Of a stretch of DNA of 64,000 nt, positions 39,490-54,900 are shown piece by piece. Numbering within the stretch: the first letter of the stretch is position 1; each line of letters begins with the position of its first letter. Below the pieces are notes generated by a model. It ran no database searches and was not told where the DNA came from. It saw only the letters and a list, made by a program, of their open reading frames with translations. Source of the DNA: Geosiphon pyriformis uo1. Taxonomy: Eukaryota > Fungi > Glomeromycota. The stretch lies in assembly GCA_016748015.1 (NCBI GenBank), contig JAAOMT010000239.1, positions 699,940 to 763,939 of the forward strand, in the 5' to 3' direction. Position numbers and translations under genes: made by a program.

Positions 39490-42400
39490 ATTTATTAATG
39501 AGTACAGCCCAACCAAAGTCTAGAATAAGTTACAAAGAAAAGTAGCCAACTAAACATGATTCACGCATTTGCTACATGTAACCAGCCACTCGAGCCAATC
39601 AAGGCAACACTATACACTTATAGAAACACTAACCCTATAAATAGCATCAGACAAAAACAAGAACCTATTCTTAAAACTGAAACCGACATCAAGAGAATCC
39701 AACACACCAGTAAGATGAACCATGTCAGCTAAAAGAAGCAGAGCACCTGTACCAAGAGCACTGGTCACAACAATATCATCACCAATCAAACCACTTCTCT
39801 CTATGTCAGACCTGAACTTAGTTCTAAAAAGCCAGAGGTTCATCCTATGACTCTTAGCCAAATGACAGACGAAATCCACTACCACAAAGGCCACTTTCTT
39901 CTTGTCATTGAGAGAAACAATGGCCTCATCCATCCAACTCTTGAGAACAAATCCCTTGCAAAAAACCGAATACAAACCAACATCAGACACCCCCAGAGAG
40001 AGATCTTGCAACACAAAAGACGGCAACAGTAGATTAGGACCCATCAGAGTTTTCCACAAACCACCAAAGTCACCCAAAATATCTGACCACACAGAAGCAT
40101 TCTTAACACAAGTAAAGCCATGATTGGAGAGTTCCATATCACCACAAAATAGACATGACACACCAAGGTAATCTTTATTATACAGCCTCTTTCAAACAGC
40201 AACAGGCAACTTGAAATGAACAGCTTTCATGAAATACATATGAAGAGCAGCAGTGGCTCAACACATATTCCCAGAAAGCATATGAGAGTCAGGATACCAA
40301 ACTAGAGCAGTATTATTCCAATTGACAACCAGACCAAACAAACAAGACAAAACCCCTTGGCCAGGACCCACCTCCCACTGAAACTTACAAATGGAACAAA
40401 AAATGTCATGTACAAAATGGCAGGCATTACCAGAAACTGGCCTGCCATCAGTCAGCCATAACATTATCAGCAATGCCAGCATGACCTTTGACTTTGATCC
40501 AGTAGACAGTCAAATCTTTGGATTTAATCAAATCAACCATATGGTGTCTTTTTATTCAGCAACTATTGCGACAATCCAGCTGCAAGAGACCCAATTCGGC
40601 CACACATGCATCAATAGCTGCTTGACTATCTGTGTGCAAAGCCACTGAAACAGAGGCAGAAATGCACTCCAAAGTCAGAGCAACAGCCTGTAATTCAGCC
40701 AGAGTCAAAGACAGCACACCATGTACCTCTACTCCTAAACCTTTGTTCAAGCTAGGAAAATAAGCAGCAGCACCACACGCCACCTGAAACGTACTCAAGC
40801 CTTTAAGAGAACTGTCAGTATAAACATCAATCTCATCAGCCCACAATCCATGAATCTCTTCACAAATATCAGCAAAAGATGTCAAATCTAAAACACTAGC
40901 ACAGACAGAAACTAAACTCACAGGAAGGGGAGCATGCAAACAACTATTCAAGTAAGTGGAGGCCTTCAAAAACCATAAAGGCACGGGGCCTCTAGAACCA
41001 AGTTTTTTCCATCGGCAAAATGTACGCCAACTAACAACAGAACCATTTTTGTTCAGAAGTTGGTTACCATATGCCACACCAGCAATTTTCAAGGAGCAAA
41101 CCACATTGAAATACAAAAGATCACCCAATACCAATGACATTGGGAAACAGCCAGGAAAGCAAAAGACACAGAAAAGCCTGTTATCCAAAGACAGCTTGTT
41201 GTCAAGAAATATACAAACCACATCCACTAGAAAATTGTTTGAAGTGTTCACTTTTAGCTTAACAGGATATTGAAGAGGATTCAGCGGAGTCCAGCACAAA
41301 ACCTGCAAATCCAAAAATCAATGTTCAAACAGTTGACCAAGAATTCCAGAAGAATTTGCAAATTGCACAATAGAAGCTACGTTGCATTTAGCTTGCAACT
41401 GTTCAAAAGATTTCAGTCCATAAAAAGAGAGGTGATACAACACCTCATTGGGAAAGTCTCTCGGCAAATTGGCTTTCGACCTAAGACTTTTTCTAATGAG
41501 AACATCCTATTTTAGACAAACAGCTTTGGAAACAAAACTAAACTGTGTCTGATAACTGACTATGGGCTGCAAAACAGCCAAAACCAGATAAGAGAATTGT
41601 TTATCAGAGACAGCCTTCCAGAGAACCATATTTGAGAAGAACCTAATATCTGAATTGGCTTTGGCAAGACTCGGCTTAGACAAACCATTGGTGGACAAGA
41701 AAATACCCAAATATCGATGACTCACACCAGAATTGGCAACAGCAATAGCCTGGCCGTTAATGGATAAAACAGGAACCCCCATTTTTTTGTTGATAGGAAT
41801 GGCAACTGTCTTCTCATTGTTTATGTTAATGTCATTGATGAGGAAAAACTCGCTGACTACATTAAGAATGTGTTGTATAGAGGCTTGCCCATTTCCCACC
41901 CAAATAGTGTCATCAACAAAGACACCAGCCATGAAAAAAGAAGTCATACTCCCACTAGTCTCAATCCTTTCAGTCTTTGTCACAAAGTTCAAATTGATCT
42001 GATAACTACACAAATGATCTTGTCTCGCAACTTTACATAACAAGAGGTCGTAAAAAATTTTCCATAGAAGAGGTGAGAAAACTTTACCCTGATCCAAACC
42101 ATCAAGAACTTTGTATTTATCAGAAAGGCCAAAATCTGTCATGACTCTGTTAAAGTGATTGTTGTGAATGTTGCCAAAAAACTTGATGAACTTGCCACAC
42201 ATTTTGATACAGTATAAACTAGCTTCCAAATGAGGCCAACCAACAGAGTCATATGCTTTGCACATGTCTTAAAAAACCAGCCAAAGTTCATGGCCTTTTT
42301 CCAAAGCATCCTCCACAATTGAACCCACAGCTGAAATTGGTAACTGAGTGGAAGTGCCTTTGAGGACAGAAAAGTTGTTACCATGGAGAACATCAAACTT

Positions 42401-45400
42401 ATTACAAGCAAGAGAAATCCTGTCTGAGAGAACTTTTGACAGAATCTTTCTGGCCATCTCAATCAATACAATAGGCCGTGTATTTGACAAAACACTATTC
42501 CAATCATAAGGCTTAGGAATCATGGACACCCAGGCCTCTTTCTAATAGACTGGAACATTACCAAAATGCAAACAAGAGTTCAGCAAAGACAACAAACACT
42601 CCAAAACCAAACAGCCAGCATGTTTTCAAAGTTCATTGGTAATACCAGACAAATCAGCAGCTTTGCCATTAGGAAGATTGCTTATAACTGAAGACATCTC
42701 ACACATGGTAATATTACATATGACCAAACTAAAGACACTATCATTAACATAAGCCAAAAAGGCATATTGTTGTGCCCAGAGACCAGACAGGACAGAAAGA
42801 GCATTCTGCTTTCTGGTCCAATTAACCATGATGTTATTTATTTTGAGCTTTATTTCATTAAGTTCCAAAATAAGAGAATCACCAACAACCAAATGGTCTA
42901 AAACAACTTTGCAAAAAGATTGTTCCAAGATGCTCTGAATTATCTCACCTTTGTCCATATTGAACTTTTCCATACACTTATCAATTACGTCTCTGATAGC
43001 AGATCTTTTGGCCACCTCAGATTCATAATATTTGGATTTTCTATATTGCTTTCTAACCTTTGCAAGATGACTTATTAAGCCAGCAGAACCCACATCATCC
43101 CTGACCATACCAAAAACTTTGGAAGCTTCAGAAGGGTCAACTTTAAACCAAGTGTCAGCCAGACGATTAAAGCCTAACATATCATCCAGTCTTAGCACTT
43201 TTAATAACTTGGCAACCAACAGCTCTAACCTGGAAAATTTAGAAAAAAGTCTATTCTTAGCACAATCAAATTCACTATACCAATGTCTTAAAAAAATTTT
43301 TTCAGCAGAAGCAGTCATGGCTTCAGTTAGCACCTCCCACATTCCATCTAAGTTGCCACCATCTTCAGCCATTTTGAACCTATCCAGAGAATCCAAAAGC
43401 GCACATTCAGAAAGTTTTTTAAAATGTGCCCACTTTTTCTCATTAGCATCCTTAATCTTAAACTTCCAGCAATCTTTATTAGCATGCTTGTGGATGCTGT
43501 TCAAACAAGCATCCAGAAGACCACCCAGCCCAATAGACATTGAGACAGCCAAGTGATCCATGTTAAAAAATTCTGAGACAGAACTAACATCATGATCCAC
43601 AACAGCTGAAATCAAAGAGTTACTAACTAGAATATAGTCCAAAATTCTGCTAACACCTCTTGAATTGCTCCAAGTAAGAATTCTAGCTAGAGAGTGGCCA
43701 CCAAAAACATTAACTAAACCCAAACCTAAACATTTTTTAAGACTTGCCCCCTTGACTGAACAGTTTTCATTGAAGTCCTTACCCAAAACAACAAAAGAAC
43801 TTTTGTTGACAGTATCAGCAATGAATGAATTAATAACAGAAGCCTGAGCAAAATAGTTACCACCAGACACACAGGCATAAAGCCCAATGACAGACACAGA
43901 AAGCTTGTTCTTAAACAAAAGACAAATCAAAAGAACTCTGCCCTTCACCTTCTTAACTTTGGAAACATGACGAGTTAGAGAATTGTTCACAAAAATGGCC
44001 ACACCAGCCCCACAAAACCCAACATCCAGACCAAATGTAAAAACCCAAACACCCTCAAACCTTTTCATGATCCATGGTTGTGAACTAAAACACAACTTGG
44101 TTTCTGTAACAATCGAGATCAAACTACCAGATTTCTTATGCCAGTGAAAAATGTCTTTTTGTTTTGCAGGATTGTTCATTCTCCTAACATTACATGTGGC
44201 AATTTTCTAAATAAAACTGGTTATTGTGATGAAGAAATAACTGAAGAACCTGAGCCAGCACACAACTGATCCAACTTAGCCAAAATCAAACCAATAGAGA
44301 TGTCGAAGACAACCAACTTCAATTCCAGACCACCAACTTTGGAAGTCAGGACTTTGGAACTACTTAGACCCAAGAGTGAATTGGTAACACCTGAAGAGAA
44401 AGAAGTAGGCTGGACAAAAAGATCATCAACTGCCATGTCAAAATCCAAGTCAGAGTTTACAACCACAAGAGAAACAGAGGTTGGGAACTGAGAAACAATC
44501 ACAGAAGGAACCATTTGAGAGGAAGGCGCCAAGGGTGCTGAACCAATATTGTCAAAATGAGAAAAAATGTTTAAAATTTGACCAGACAAAAGCTCGACAA
44601 AGCATTCCAGAAGTGCTAAGTGAGCACTCAAAGGAGAATTGATCACAGGTAGAGGGGAAGGTGCTCTACCTGAACTCAAAGCACCAGAAGACAGAGAACC
44701 AGAACCAGAACCAGCACAAAAACCATGAGAGACTAAAGTAACTGAGACCACTTGAGCCCAAGATTTGCCACCAAAGGCAACAGGATGAGAGATTGATACA
44801 TTCTTCTTTGCATACAATTTGGCCAGCTGGTGACAAGTATCTAGGTTGGCAGGCCTTATAAAAAACTTTGAAGATTTGAGAGCTGACGCAACCTCAGCAT
44901 CACATTCCAAGGCAGAATGACCAAACTTCTTACACCATTCACAGCGAACCAAATCCAGCCTAGTCCATGAGAGTTTTACACCACCAAAGATTGGCTCCGT
45001 GTGAAAAGCTGACTCTAAAACCTCATCAGAATCAAAACAAACAACAGCACAGCAGACCCTATTACCAGTCTCCAATAACCAATTTATAACACAAGTTTTT
45101 CCACCAGTCCCTTCAAGAAGATCCCCAAGATTATGAGCAGTAGTTCTCACCGGCAAAGTAAACAAAAGCACCCTGAACTGATCTCTAAAAGCCCAAGTTT
45201 CATGATCGCCCACCACCATAGCCACACGAACCGAGTCTTTACCAATTAGGAAGGACCACCTAACAGCCAAAGACACAGCCTGTTCTAGTTCAGCAAATTC
45301 TACCACAGCCTTTTGCCATAAACCAATTAACTGGATTTTGATCGACTTAATTTCTCCAAACTCAGATACTGCGGCAACGATCATTTTCTTTGGCATATTC

Positions 45401-46222
45401 ATGGGAATTTCTTTGATTACTACAGTCTGATCTGAGCGAATTACTTGTCTCTTAAGATCACTGTTTACAATAATGTTATTTTCTCTGACCAATGACATGA
45501 TCTTTTCCATGCTTTCTGATGAAGTAAACATTGATCAGATGATCCCTTCAAATTTTGAGGGGATAGTGGCCCCCCCAAAATCATTGATTCCTGAAAATAA
45601 TTTTCTTATAACTTGAGTTTTGGCTGTTGCCAATTTCCCTTCTATAGCCAAAAAATTAATGTCCAAAGTGAAAAATTTTTTCACAGCTACTTCCACCTGA
45701 GTTTTAATGATTTTGGGATCAATACATGCCTTATCCAAAGAGAAAGACTTACAGGAAAGAAGAAAAATCTCTTCTTCCTCCTCCATGTCATAATTAATAA
45801 AGTCAAGAAGAGAGCCAATAATCGCACCATTATTGAAACACTTGGCTTGTGGTGTATTCATCTTGGAATCAGATATTCCTTCACTTTCAGAAGCCTTCCC
45901 ATCAGTATTTATGCTATTAAACTGCTCGACTACTTGACCAGACCCATTATCATTGAGAGTTGCACCATTACTTGATAGCTTAGTACCACTGAGAGGTTTC
46001 TTGATCTTATGACTTGAACCACTACCAACTAAACCAGAAGTTGGAACTCTGGTCAACCTTTTTTTAGCACCAGTACCACTTATAGGAGCAGCCAGATCAA
46101 TAACAAAAGGATTTGTTTCTTGTAAAGTGTTGGATGACAGTATGAAATGACAGAAAAAAAACTTCTTTCAAATTATGACTCTTTTTCAAGAATTTGGGAC
46201 AAAGGAGAGAAAGAAGTTTTTT
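39490..46222 (-). mobile_element. LINE-A: full-length non-LTR retrotransposon (ORF1 RRM-like + CCHC; ORF2 APE-RT-RNase H-zinc finger), inactivated
   Basis: CEWCKKFGHSALEC; IATCNV, IVTETKL, LDYILVS (APE); KAYDSVGW, QG..SPLLW, FVDDT (RT); VYTDSS..AELQA..TDSQA (RNase H); CLFCGDMELSNHGFTC. In-frame stops are TGG>TGA/TAG and CAR>TAR. Confidence 0.95.
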
Positions 46223-46574
46223 TTATTTATTATATATAATTATATATAATTAAATAATTAAAAAAATTAAAAACTAAAAAATTAAACTGTATTAATATTA
46301 TTTTTATTTTTTATTAAATTTATATTTTTTATTTAAAAGTGTTTAATTAATAATTAACTAATTTATAGTAATAATTTTAATTTAATACTAATTTTTAATA
46401 AAGATATTATAAAATCTTAAAAATAACAATCTTTTATTATAATATAAATTAAAATTAATTAATTTATATTTAATTCAATAATTATTGTCTACTTAAGTTA
46501 TTTATTAACAATATTAAATATTTATTTTTATAATATTAATTATTTAACTTGATTTTTTTTTATTAAATATTTAA

Positions 46575-47400
46575 TAAATAAAGTCTAATTATTATCTAGT
46601 ACATAGAACCAAACTAAGTGGCTTAAACTAAATACAGTTTATGTTTTTACTATATATAACCAGTCATTTAGACCAAACAAAACAACATTAAATATCTATA
46701 TTAATATATGTATCTTTACTTAGACCAGAAAAAAAAAACATTATTTATATCTACCAAAACTAATTGTAAAAGACTCTATTATACTAAGCAATTAAATTAT
46801 TCTATCTAATAATATAGACATTATACAACAAGGCAAATCTGAAATTATGCTACTATTTTTAACTAATCCAGCTTTTTCTATGTTTACTCTATGCTTTGAT
46901 CTTATAAGTCATAATTTAGTCTAATATAATTTTACTAAACATTCTATATATTTAATAAAAATAAAAACTGTTTTTACTTTTCTATCAAAAACTGTGACAG
47001 CTTTAATATATTAGTCTTTTAACACAAATTCTTTGCAAATTGCCATATACAAATCTATATTTAATGAACATTAAGAAAGCATTTACAAAACAGCAAAAAA
47101 AAATAAACAGCAAGTATTTATTAATGATATTTATTTTTTAAAAGTCTTTACCAAAATTTTTTCCTTTAACTTAATATTAAAAATAAATATTTTATATCTA
47201 TTTTACTTATAAAGCAATTTAAATATGTATTATTTTAAAATAAATTTATTTATTTAGATATCAATAAAATTTTTATTATTTTTAATTTTAAAAATTTGCA
47301 GATTCTTAAATTTTTAAATATGTTTTATTTACAAAATATATAATTTTTGTCTATTTTATTATTATATAAAAAACATATACTGTGTTTTTTTAATTTTAAT
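46575..47400 (-). mobile_element. LINE-C: extremely AT-shifted 3' portion of the same LINE family
   Basis: ttaaactaaatacagtttatg..tatataaccagtcatttagaccaaacaaaacaacatta aligns to the LINE-B 3'UTR; FFFSGL and LYMAICKEF remnants. Confidence 0.7.
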
Positions 47401-47619
47401 AAAACTTTTAAACAAATTAATAACAATATTAATAACTTTTTTATTCGAATTTTTAAAGTAAAAAATTAATTTTTTTGTTAATTAATAAGAAAAAATCTGT
47501 ATTACCAAAAAACTAATAGGTTTTATTAATAATTTTATTACATAATTAAGTTTAATATTTAAAATTTTAAAATTTTTAAATATTATAAAGTTTTTTTTTG
47601 TTTTTTTATTAAACATTTA

Positions 47620-48300
47620 ATAAATATAGACCAGTCAAAATTTAGTATACATAAATAAATTAAGAGTTTATAGTTAAATATAGTTTATGTATTTTTTATA
47701 TATGATTAATCACTTAAGCTAACTAAAACAATATTACTTACTTATAATAACACTAATACTATTAGACAAACCAGAAAAAAACATATACTGACTATGTAAA
47801 CTCCAATTAATAACAACAGTATTGTTAATATCTAATAATTTAATCATATTATCTAATAAAAGCACATATTATAAAGTAAGATATAACAAATTAAATAATA
47901 GTTTAAATATTATAATTAAGTAAATAAACCAATTTGTAACAATTTTAAATAGCATAAATAATGTAAATACAATTGTATTAAAACCAAAAAAAACAGTTTT
48001 ATAAATTAAAATCAAATAATTTAAACTTTAATATTTGTGATAATATTAATATCTAAAAGTTTTTTACTAAATAAAAATTTTTTTTATATACTAATTTTAT
48101 TAATAACAATGTTAAAAGTTTTTTAAAACTTAAAAATATTACAAAAAATTAACAAAATTAGAACTTTATATTATTATTTTTATTAATTAATTTAGTATTA
48201 ATAAAATTATATAATAATTAAACATATTTTTAAAAAATATTAAATATAAATATAATCTGTTTTGTTTTTATAATTGGTTATAATTTATTGAAATAATTAT
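47620..48300 (-). mobile_element. LINE-D: extremely AT-shifted 3' portion of the same LINE family
   Basis: tttatgtattttttatatatgattaatcacttaagctaactaaaacaatatta, then aaaccagaaaaaaacata (MFFSG, as in LINE-B). Confidence 0.65.
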
Positions 48301-48935
48301 GTTAAATAATATAATTATTTATTAATCTGTATCTATTCTAATAAATATATTATTATTATTATTATTGTTGTTGTTGTTATTATTATTGTTATTATTATTG
48401 TTGTTTTTATAATTAAATTAAAAAACTGATAAAAATATCACAAATTAAAAAAAAACTTTATTTTTTAATATTTTTAACTATTTAAACAACAATAATAAAA
48501 TTAATTAAAAATTTTTATAATAGTAATAATAATATTAAAATTAATTTTAATATATTATTTTAAAAAATTTTTAATTAAAAACTAAATTAAATAATATATA
48601 AAATTTATTAATTTATATTTTTGTTTTAAAATTTTTAACTTAATTTATATAATAAGTATTTTGTAATTAAAAATATGTAATAAATAATTAAAAATATATA
48701 ATAAGTAAACAAAAATACAAATTATGCTTAAAATTAACAAATATTAAATTTATTAATTAATAATTTAAGTTATAATTATATTTATTTAAATATTTTAACA
48801 AAATATAATTTAATTATAATTTATTTTATACAATAAAAATATTACATAATAATTATAGTATATTTTTTATATATAATTAATCATCTAAATTTACATTAAA
48901 AATTATATTATATTTTTTATTATTATTATTATTTA

Positions 48936-51900
48936 ATAAGTGAGGTCCACACACAACCTAGCACTATACATCAAAGAAATGATCTAAACTAGGCATGAAT
49001 CATGCACTTTTTACACGTGACCAGCCACTCAGGCCAGTCAGGACAACATTATGCAGCTATATAGACAGAAGCTGAATCACCAATGCCAGAAAAAAACATA
49101 CAAGACTTGCAAAAACCAAAATGCATACCAAAAGCTTCATCAATACCAAGCAAATCAACCACACCAGCGGAAAGCCGTGAAGTCAAACCAGAGACCGAAG
49201 TAAGAGATGAACCATCCAAAAGAATCAGTCTGTGCTTTTCCATATAAACACAGTGTTTGGCCTGAACCAACCAAATCTCATCTCTAAAAGCGAGGCCAAG
49301 AGAACACGCAAAATTAACAACCTCCAAACATGCCACCTTGGGATTATGGAAGATGGAGACAGCTTCACCAAACCATTCATCAAAAACAAAACCCTTATGG
49401 AGGGCCATGGATACTGAGGACCCTGAAACACAAGACGACAACAACTACAACAAAACCGAAGAAGAGACAGAAGAACCAGAAAGTGTTTTCCAAGTGTCCA
49501 TGTGAGAATTCAACAACTGACACTGAGCAGAATCATTGACCTTACAAGAAAAAACATGATCCAACATCTCTACATCACCACAATATAGACACAACACACT
49601 GGAATAAAGTCTATTATAAAGCCGTTTTCGAACAGCCATAGGCAACCGATGATGCAAAGCCTTCATAAAATAAGAGTGCGCATTAGCCAAAATCTTGCTA
49701 GTGAAACTGGTGGTCATATGCAAATCAGGATGCCACACCAAAGAAGAGCAGGACCAATCAACATTAGCACACAAGTTGACAGGCAAAAATTTAGAACCAG
49801 ATTCCACCTCCCAACGTGCATGACACATGGCACAAAAAATGTCACAGACAAAGTGCCTTGAATTGCCAGAGATAATGTTGCCATCAGCCATCAAACAGTG
49901 TTCATTCAGGCGAGGAGGAAAAAACCAGTCAGAAACAGAAACAGCACTGGCAATTACATTAGCATGCTCATTTCTCGAAATCTCAGAATGATCTTTGACT
50001 TTGTGCCAGGTAACTTTTAGGCCCTTACTGTATATAACATTGGCAATGTGCTGACACTCAACCCAACACCAATTACGGAAATCAAGAACCACCAGACCCA
50101 ATTCCGATTTGCAAGCATCCAAAGCAGACTGACTATCCGAAAATAAATGTACATTACTAAAAACAGGAACACACTTGAGAGCCAACGCAATTGCCTGTAA
50201 TTCAGTCATGATAGATGACATCAACCCAAACACGCCAACATCCAAACCCATACCAATGTCCTCGAAAAAAGCCGCAGCACCCACTTCACAGCCAACTGTA
50301 TCCAAATTTCTCAATGACCCATCAGTGTAGACTGATAGCACCCTTGCATTGACTTGTGAAAGACAATCGCAGACAAACACAAAACCAAAAAAACCCAGAA
50401 TGTCCAAGAAACCAATATTAGCAAGAAGAGGGATGTGGGCAGGAGAGGAATCTTCTCCAGCAAGAAACACAGCAGAAAGTCTGAACCACTCAGGAATAGG
50501 GCCACAGGGGTCCAGTTTCTTCCATCGCTTAAATGTGGACCAATCAAAAACAGTACCATAATAATCACAAAGTTGGTCTACAAAGGCCACATAATACCGC
50601 CAAAGCAAGAGGAGACACCTAGAGAAAACTGATTCACCCAAAACAGTCAGCATGGGCATCCCACTATCAGCACGAAAAGAATTGGGAAAAGATCCACCCA
50701 AGGACAATTTGCAATTATAAAGCACGCGAACCAAACCCACCAAAAAATTATTAGAGGCACTAACATGAATGCGAACAGGAGAACTCAACGAATGAATAGG
50801 GTGCCAACATAAAACCTGCAAGTCATGAGACCTATGAAAGAACAAATGTCCCACAATCCCACCAGAGTTGGCAAAATCAATAAGAGAAGCAACCTTGCCT
50901 TTAGACTGAATTTGCAGGAAAGATCTTAAACCATAAAAGGAGAGGTGGTGAATCGAATCACTAGGAAAATCAAGCGGAAGTCCAGATTTAAGCTTTAGGC
51001 CCTTATGAATCATAGCATCCCACTTGTTGCAAATGCCTATAGAAACAAAGCTAAATTGTGTCCTGTAGCTAATTATAGATTGGAGAACTGCTGAAACCAA
51101 ATATAAGAACTGCTTATCTGAGATAGCCTTTCTAAGAACCAAATTTGTAAAAAAATGAACGTCTGAATGTGCCTTAGCTAAACTGGGTTTGGAAAGACCT
51201 TCAGTTGACAAAAATATGCCCAGATACTGATGGAATTCACCTTTTTTGGCAACAGAGATAGGGGAACCACTAATGAAAAGAGCGGGATTTCCAACTTTAC
51301 AATTGATAGAAATAGCTACTGTCTTGTTATTGTTTATTAAGATGTCATTAATCTGAAAAAACTCGCTAGCAACATCCAAAATGTGTTGAGTTGCACTCTG
51401 ACTACTGCCAACCCAAATTGTATCATCAACAAAGGTGCCAGTGGCAAAATAGGAAGAAAGCCCAGTTTGCGATTCGACACGACCACTCTTGGAAACAAAA
51501 TGAGAAATTAGCCTATACCCACAGACACTCTCCTAACACTTGACTTTGCACAAAAGGGGATCATAAAAAATGTGCCACAGGAGGGAGGAAAAAACTTCTC
51601 CTTGATCTAAACCATCATGGACACAATAACCATCTGTCAAACCAAAATCTGTCATGACTTGATTAGTGCAACCTCTGTAAATGCTGCCAAAAAACCGAAT
51701 AAACTTGTCACACATTTTAATTCTGACCAAACACTTCTCCAAATGCTCCCAGCCAACTGAATCATACGCCTTCTTCATATCCTGCAAGACCAGCCAAAGC
51801 TCTCTGTTTTTTTTCAGGGCATTTTCAACAACCAAACCAATTGCAAAAATAGGGGACTGTGTTGTCGTACCTTTCAAAACCAAAAAATTGTCACCATAAA

Positions 51901-54900
51901 GGACATTATAAATGCTGTATGCTGAAAAAATCCTGTCTGAGAGTATTTTGGAGAGAATTTTGTGAGCTGTCTCAATTAGTGTAATAGGATGAGTATTTGT
52001 AAGAACACCTTCCCATTCATATGGTTTGAAAATCATCGAAACCCAAGCTTCTTTCCAAGGGCCAAGAACAAATTCCTCAGACAGGCAAGAGTTCAAAAGC
52101 ACCAAGAGCATATTAAGGACTGAAACATCGCAATGTTTCCAAAGCTCATTTGAGATACCTGAAAAGCCAGCAGTCTTGTCATCCAGCAAATTGGAAACAA
52201 CCCCAAACAATTCATCGAAGTCGATCAAACCTATTACACCAGAAAAAGCTTCGTCAAAAACATAACCCAAAAGACGATACTGGCGAGACTATTTATCATT
52301 AATGTCGAGTACCACCCTTTGCTTTCTAGTCCAGCCTTCCATAATCTTATCTACCTTAGACTTCACAGGAGCAGGATCCAACACCATCTCATCCCCCACC
52401 ACCAAATGATCTAAAACCACCTTGCAGAAAGGTTGTTCCAAAACACTACGTACAGTATGACCTTTGTTCAACTCAAAACTCTCCATTCTTTTGTTAATTG
52501 CCGACTTGATCTGAGATTTTTTTGCACGGTTTGACTCTGACAACTTAGATGAATGGTAAGATTTCCTTATCTTGGCCAAAGCTGAATGAATGGTATTAAA
52601 ATAAGAACCCGAAAGAAAGAGAGACTTCACAACAGAAGCATTAGCAGTATCAATTCCCTTCCATGTGTCAAGTAGAGAAACAAATTCCTTATGAGAGACC
52701 AGATGAGAGACTTTGACAATCTTCGACACCAAAAGTTCTAATTTGTGAAATCTGGATGATACTCTATTATAAACACTGTCAAAACTCTTAAACCATTTTT
52801 TTTTAAAAATGTTTTCAGCCAACAAACACACCACTTGGCGAAGGTAACTCCACATTGTGTCCAGGTTCAAACATATCTTGGCAGCATAAAATTCATCATG
52901 GAACATGGCAGCATTCATTGAAGTATCTTCTTTAAACTTGATCCAATCGGCATCACCAGCATTTACAAAATTGTACTTCCAGCAATCCTTATTCGCCTGA
53001 TTGCGCAATGAGTTCAATTGCACATCCAACAAACCACCAAGACCCACGGAAATAGAAACAGCTTTATGATCAGTGTTAAAATACTCTTCGACACCAGATA
53101 CATCATGACCCAAAATTGCATTAACAAGACTTGACAACACAAACACATAATCAATAATTTTAGCCACCCCACGAGGATTATTTCATGTAGCTTTCCTTCC
53201 AAACATGCTTCTACTCAAAGAGTTGACCAAACCCAAATCAAAGCATTTTTTTAAGCTGGCACTTTTGCAAGAACCATCTTCATTGAAGTCACCACCCAAG
53301 ATGATGAAAGAAGACTCATTTACCGCCCTCACAATCAAAGAATTGATATCATCCGCCTGAGAGAAACGTACTGTCAAAGATGATCCAACATATAGCCCCA
53401 AAATTAATACAGACAGCTTATTTTTGAAGAGAAGCTTAATAGAGAGAAACCGGCCAGGAATGTCTAACACCTTACACACATGCCGAGCCAAGAAATTGTT
53501 TATAATAATTGCAACCCCAGAACCCATGTGACCAGAACTCAAACCAGAAGTAAAAACCCAGACACCAACAAATTTATTCATAATCCAAGGGCAAACCCCA
53601 TCTTTCAACTTAGTCTCAGTAACAATTGAAATCATATTGTTCATTTCTTTATGCCACAAATAATATCCTCCTGTTTTGCAGAATTGTTCATACCCCTAAT
53701 ATTGCACGTGGCAATTTTCCAAATATAACTGGTCATTGAGATAAAGAGAGGACCAAAGGACCTGAACCAGCACACATCTACTCTAACTTTGCCAAAATTG
53801 AACCAATGGAGGCATTGAGAGCAATCAACTTCGATTCTAAAACACCAATTTTAGAAGTCAGCACCTTGGAACTGCTATGACCCAATTGGGAATTATCATC
53901 ACCAGAAGGGAAAAAAATGGGTTGAGTCAAAGGAATGTCTAATACCATGTTGGAATTCAAGTCAGAGTTAGCCACCATGAGAGAACCAGAGACAAACGGT
54001 TGAGGAGTATCCACCAGAGGAATCATATTAGAAGAAGGAGCTAAAGGCACCAAACTGAGATTGTCAAAACAAAGAAGAATGTTTGAAATTTGATCAGATA
54101 AAAGCTCTACAGAGCGTTCCAGACGCGCCAAACGTGTACCCAAGGGGGCATCAACCATAAAGGAAGGGGGAGGGGTATTATCAGAACTCGAAGCACCAAA
54201 GAGCAGAGAACCAGAACCAGAGCCATCAAGAAAAACACGAGAGACTGAAGTAACTGAGACCACTTGGGCCCAGAATTTGCCTCCAAAAGTGACAGGACAA
54301 GAGATTGGAACCTTTTTTTTAGCATATAATTTGGCCAACTGGAGATGAGTATCCAAGTTAGCAGGCTTTTTAAAAGATTTGTGTGACTGAAAATCTGATG
54401 CAACCTCAGCATCACATTCCAAGACAGAATGACCAAACTTCTCACACCATTCACAGCAAACCAAATCCAACCTAGCCCATAAGAGTTTCACTCCACCCAA
54501 GATTGGCTTCGTGTGAAAGACTGATTCCAGATTCAAAACATACTACAGCACAGCGTGTTCTGTTGCCAGTCTCCAATAAACGATTGATGACACAAGTTTT
54601 CCCACCAGCCCCTTTCAAAAGATTCCCAAGGTCATGAGCTGTCGTTCCCACTGGCAAAGTGAACAGAAGCACCCTGAATTGATCTCTAAAAGCCCATGTT
54701 TTACAATCTCCCACAGCCTTGGCCACATGCACAGAATCTTTCCCAATTAGGAAAGACCATTTTGACGCCAACAAATCAGCCTGACTAGATTCGGCAAACT
54801 CCACCACAGCCTTCTGCCATAGCCCAATTAACTGAACTTTGATAGACACTATCTGACCATACTTGGATACTGTGATGATGATTATTTCCTTTGGCATGTC

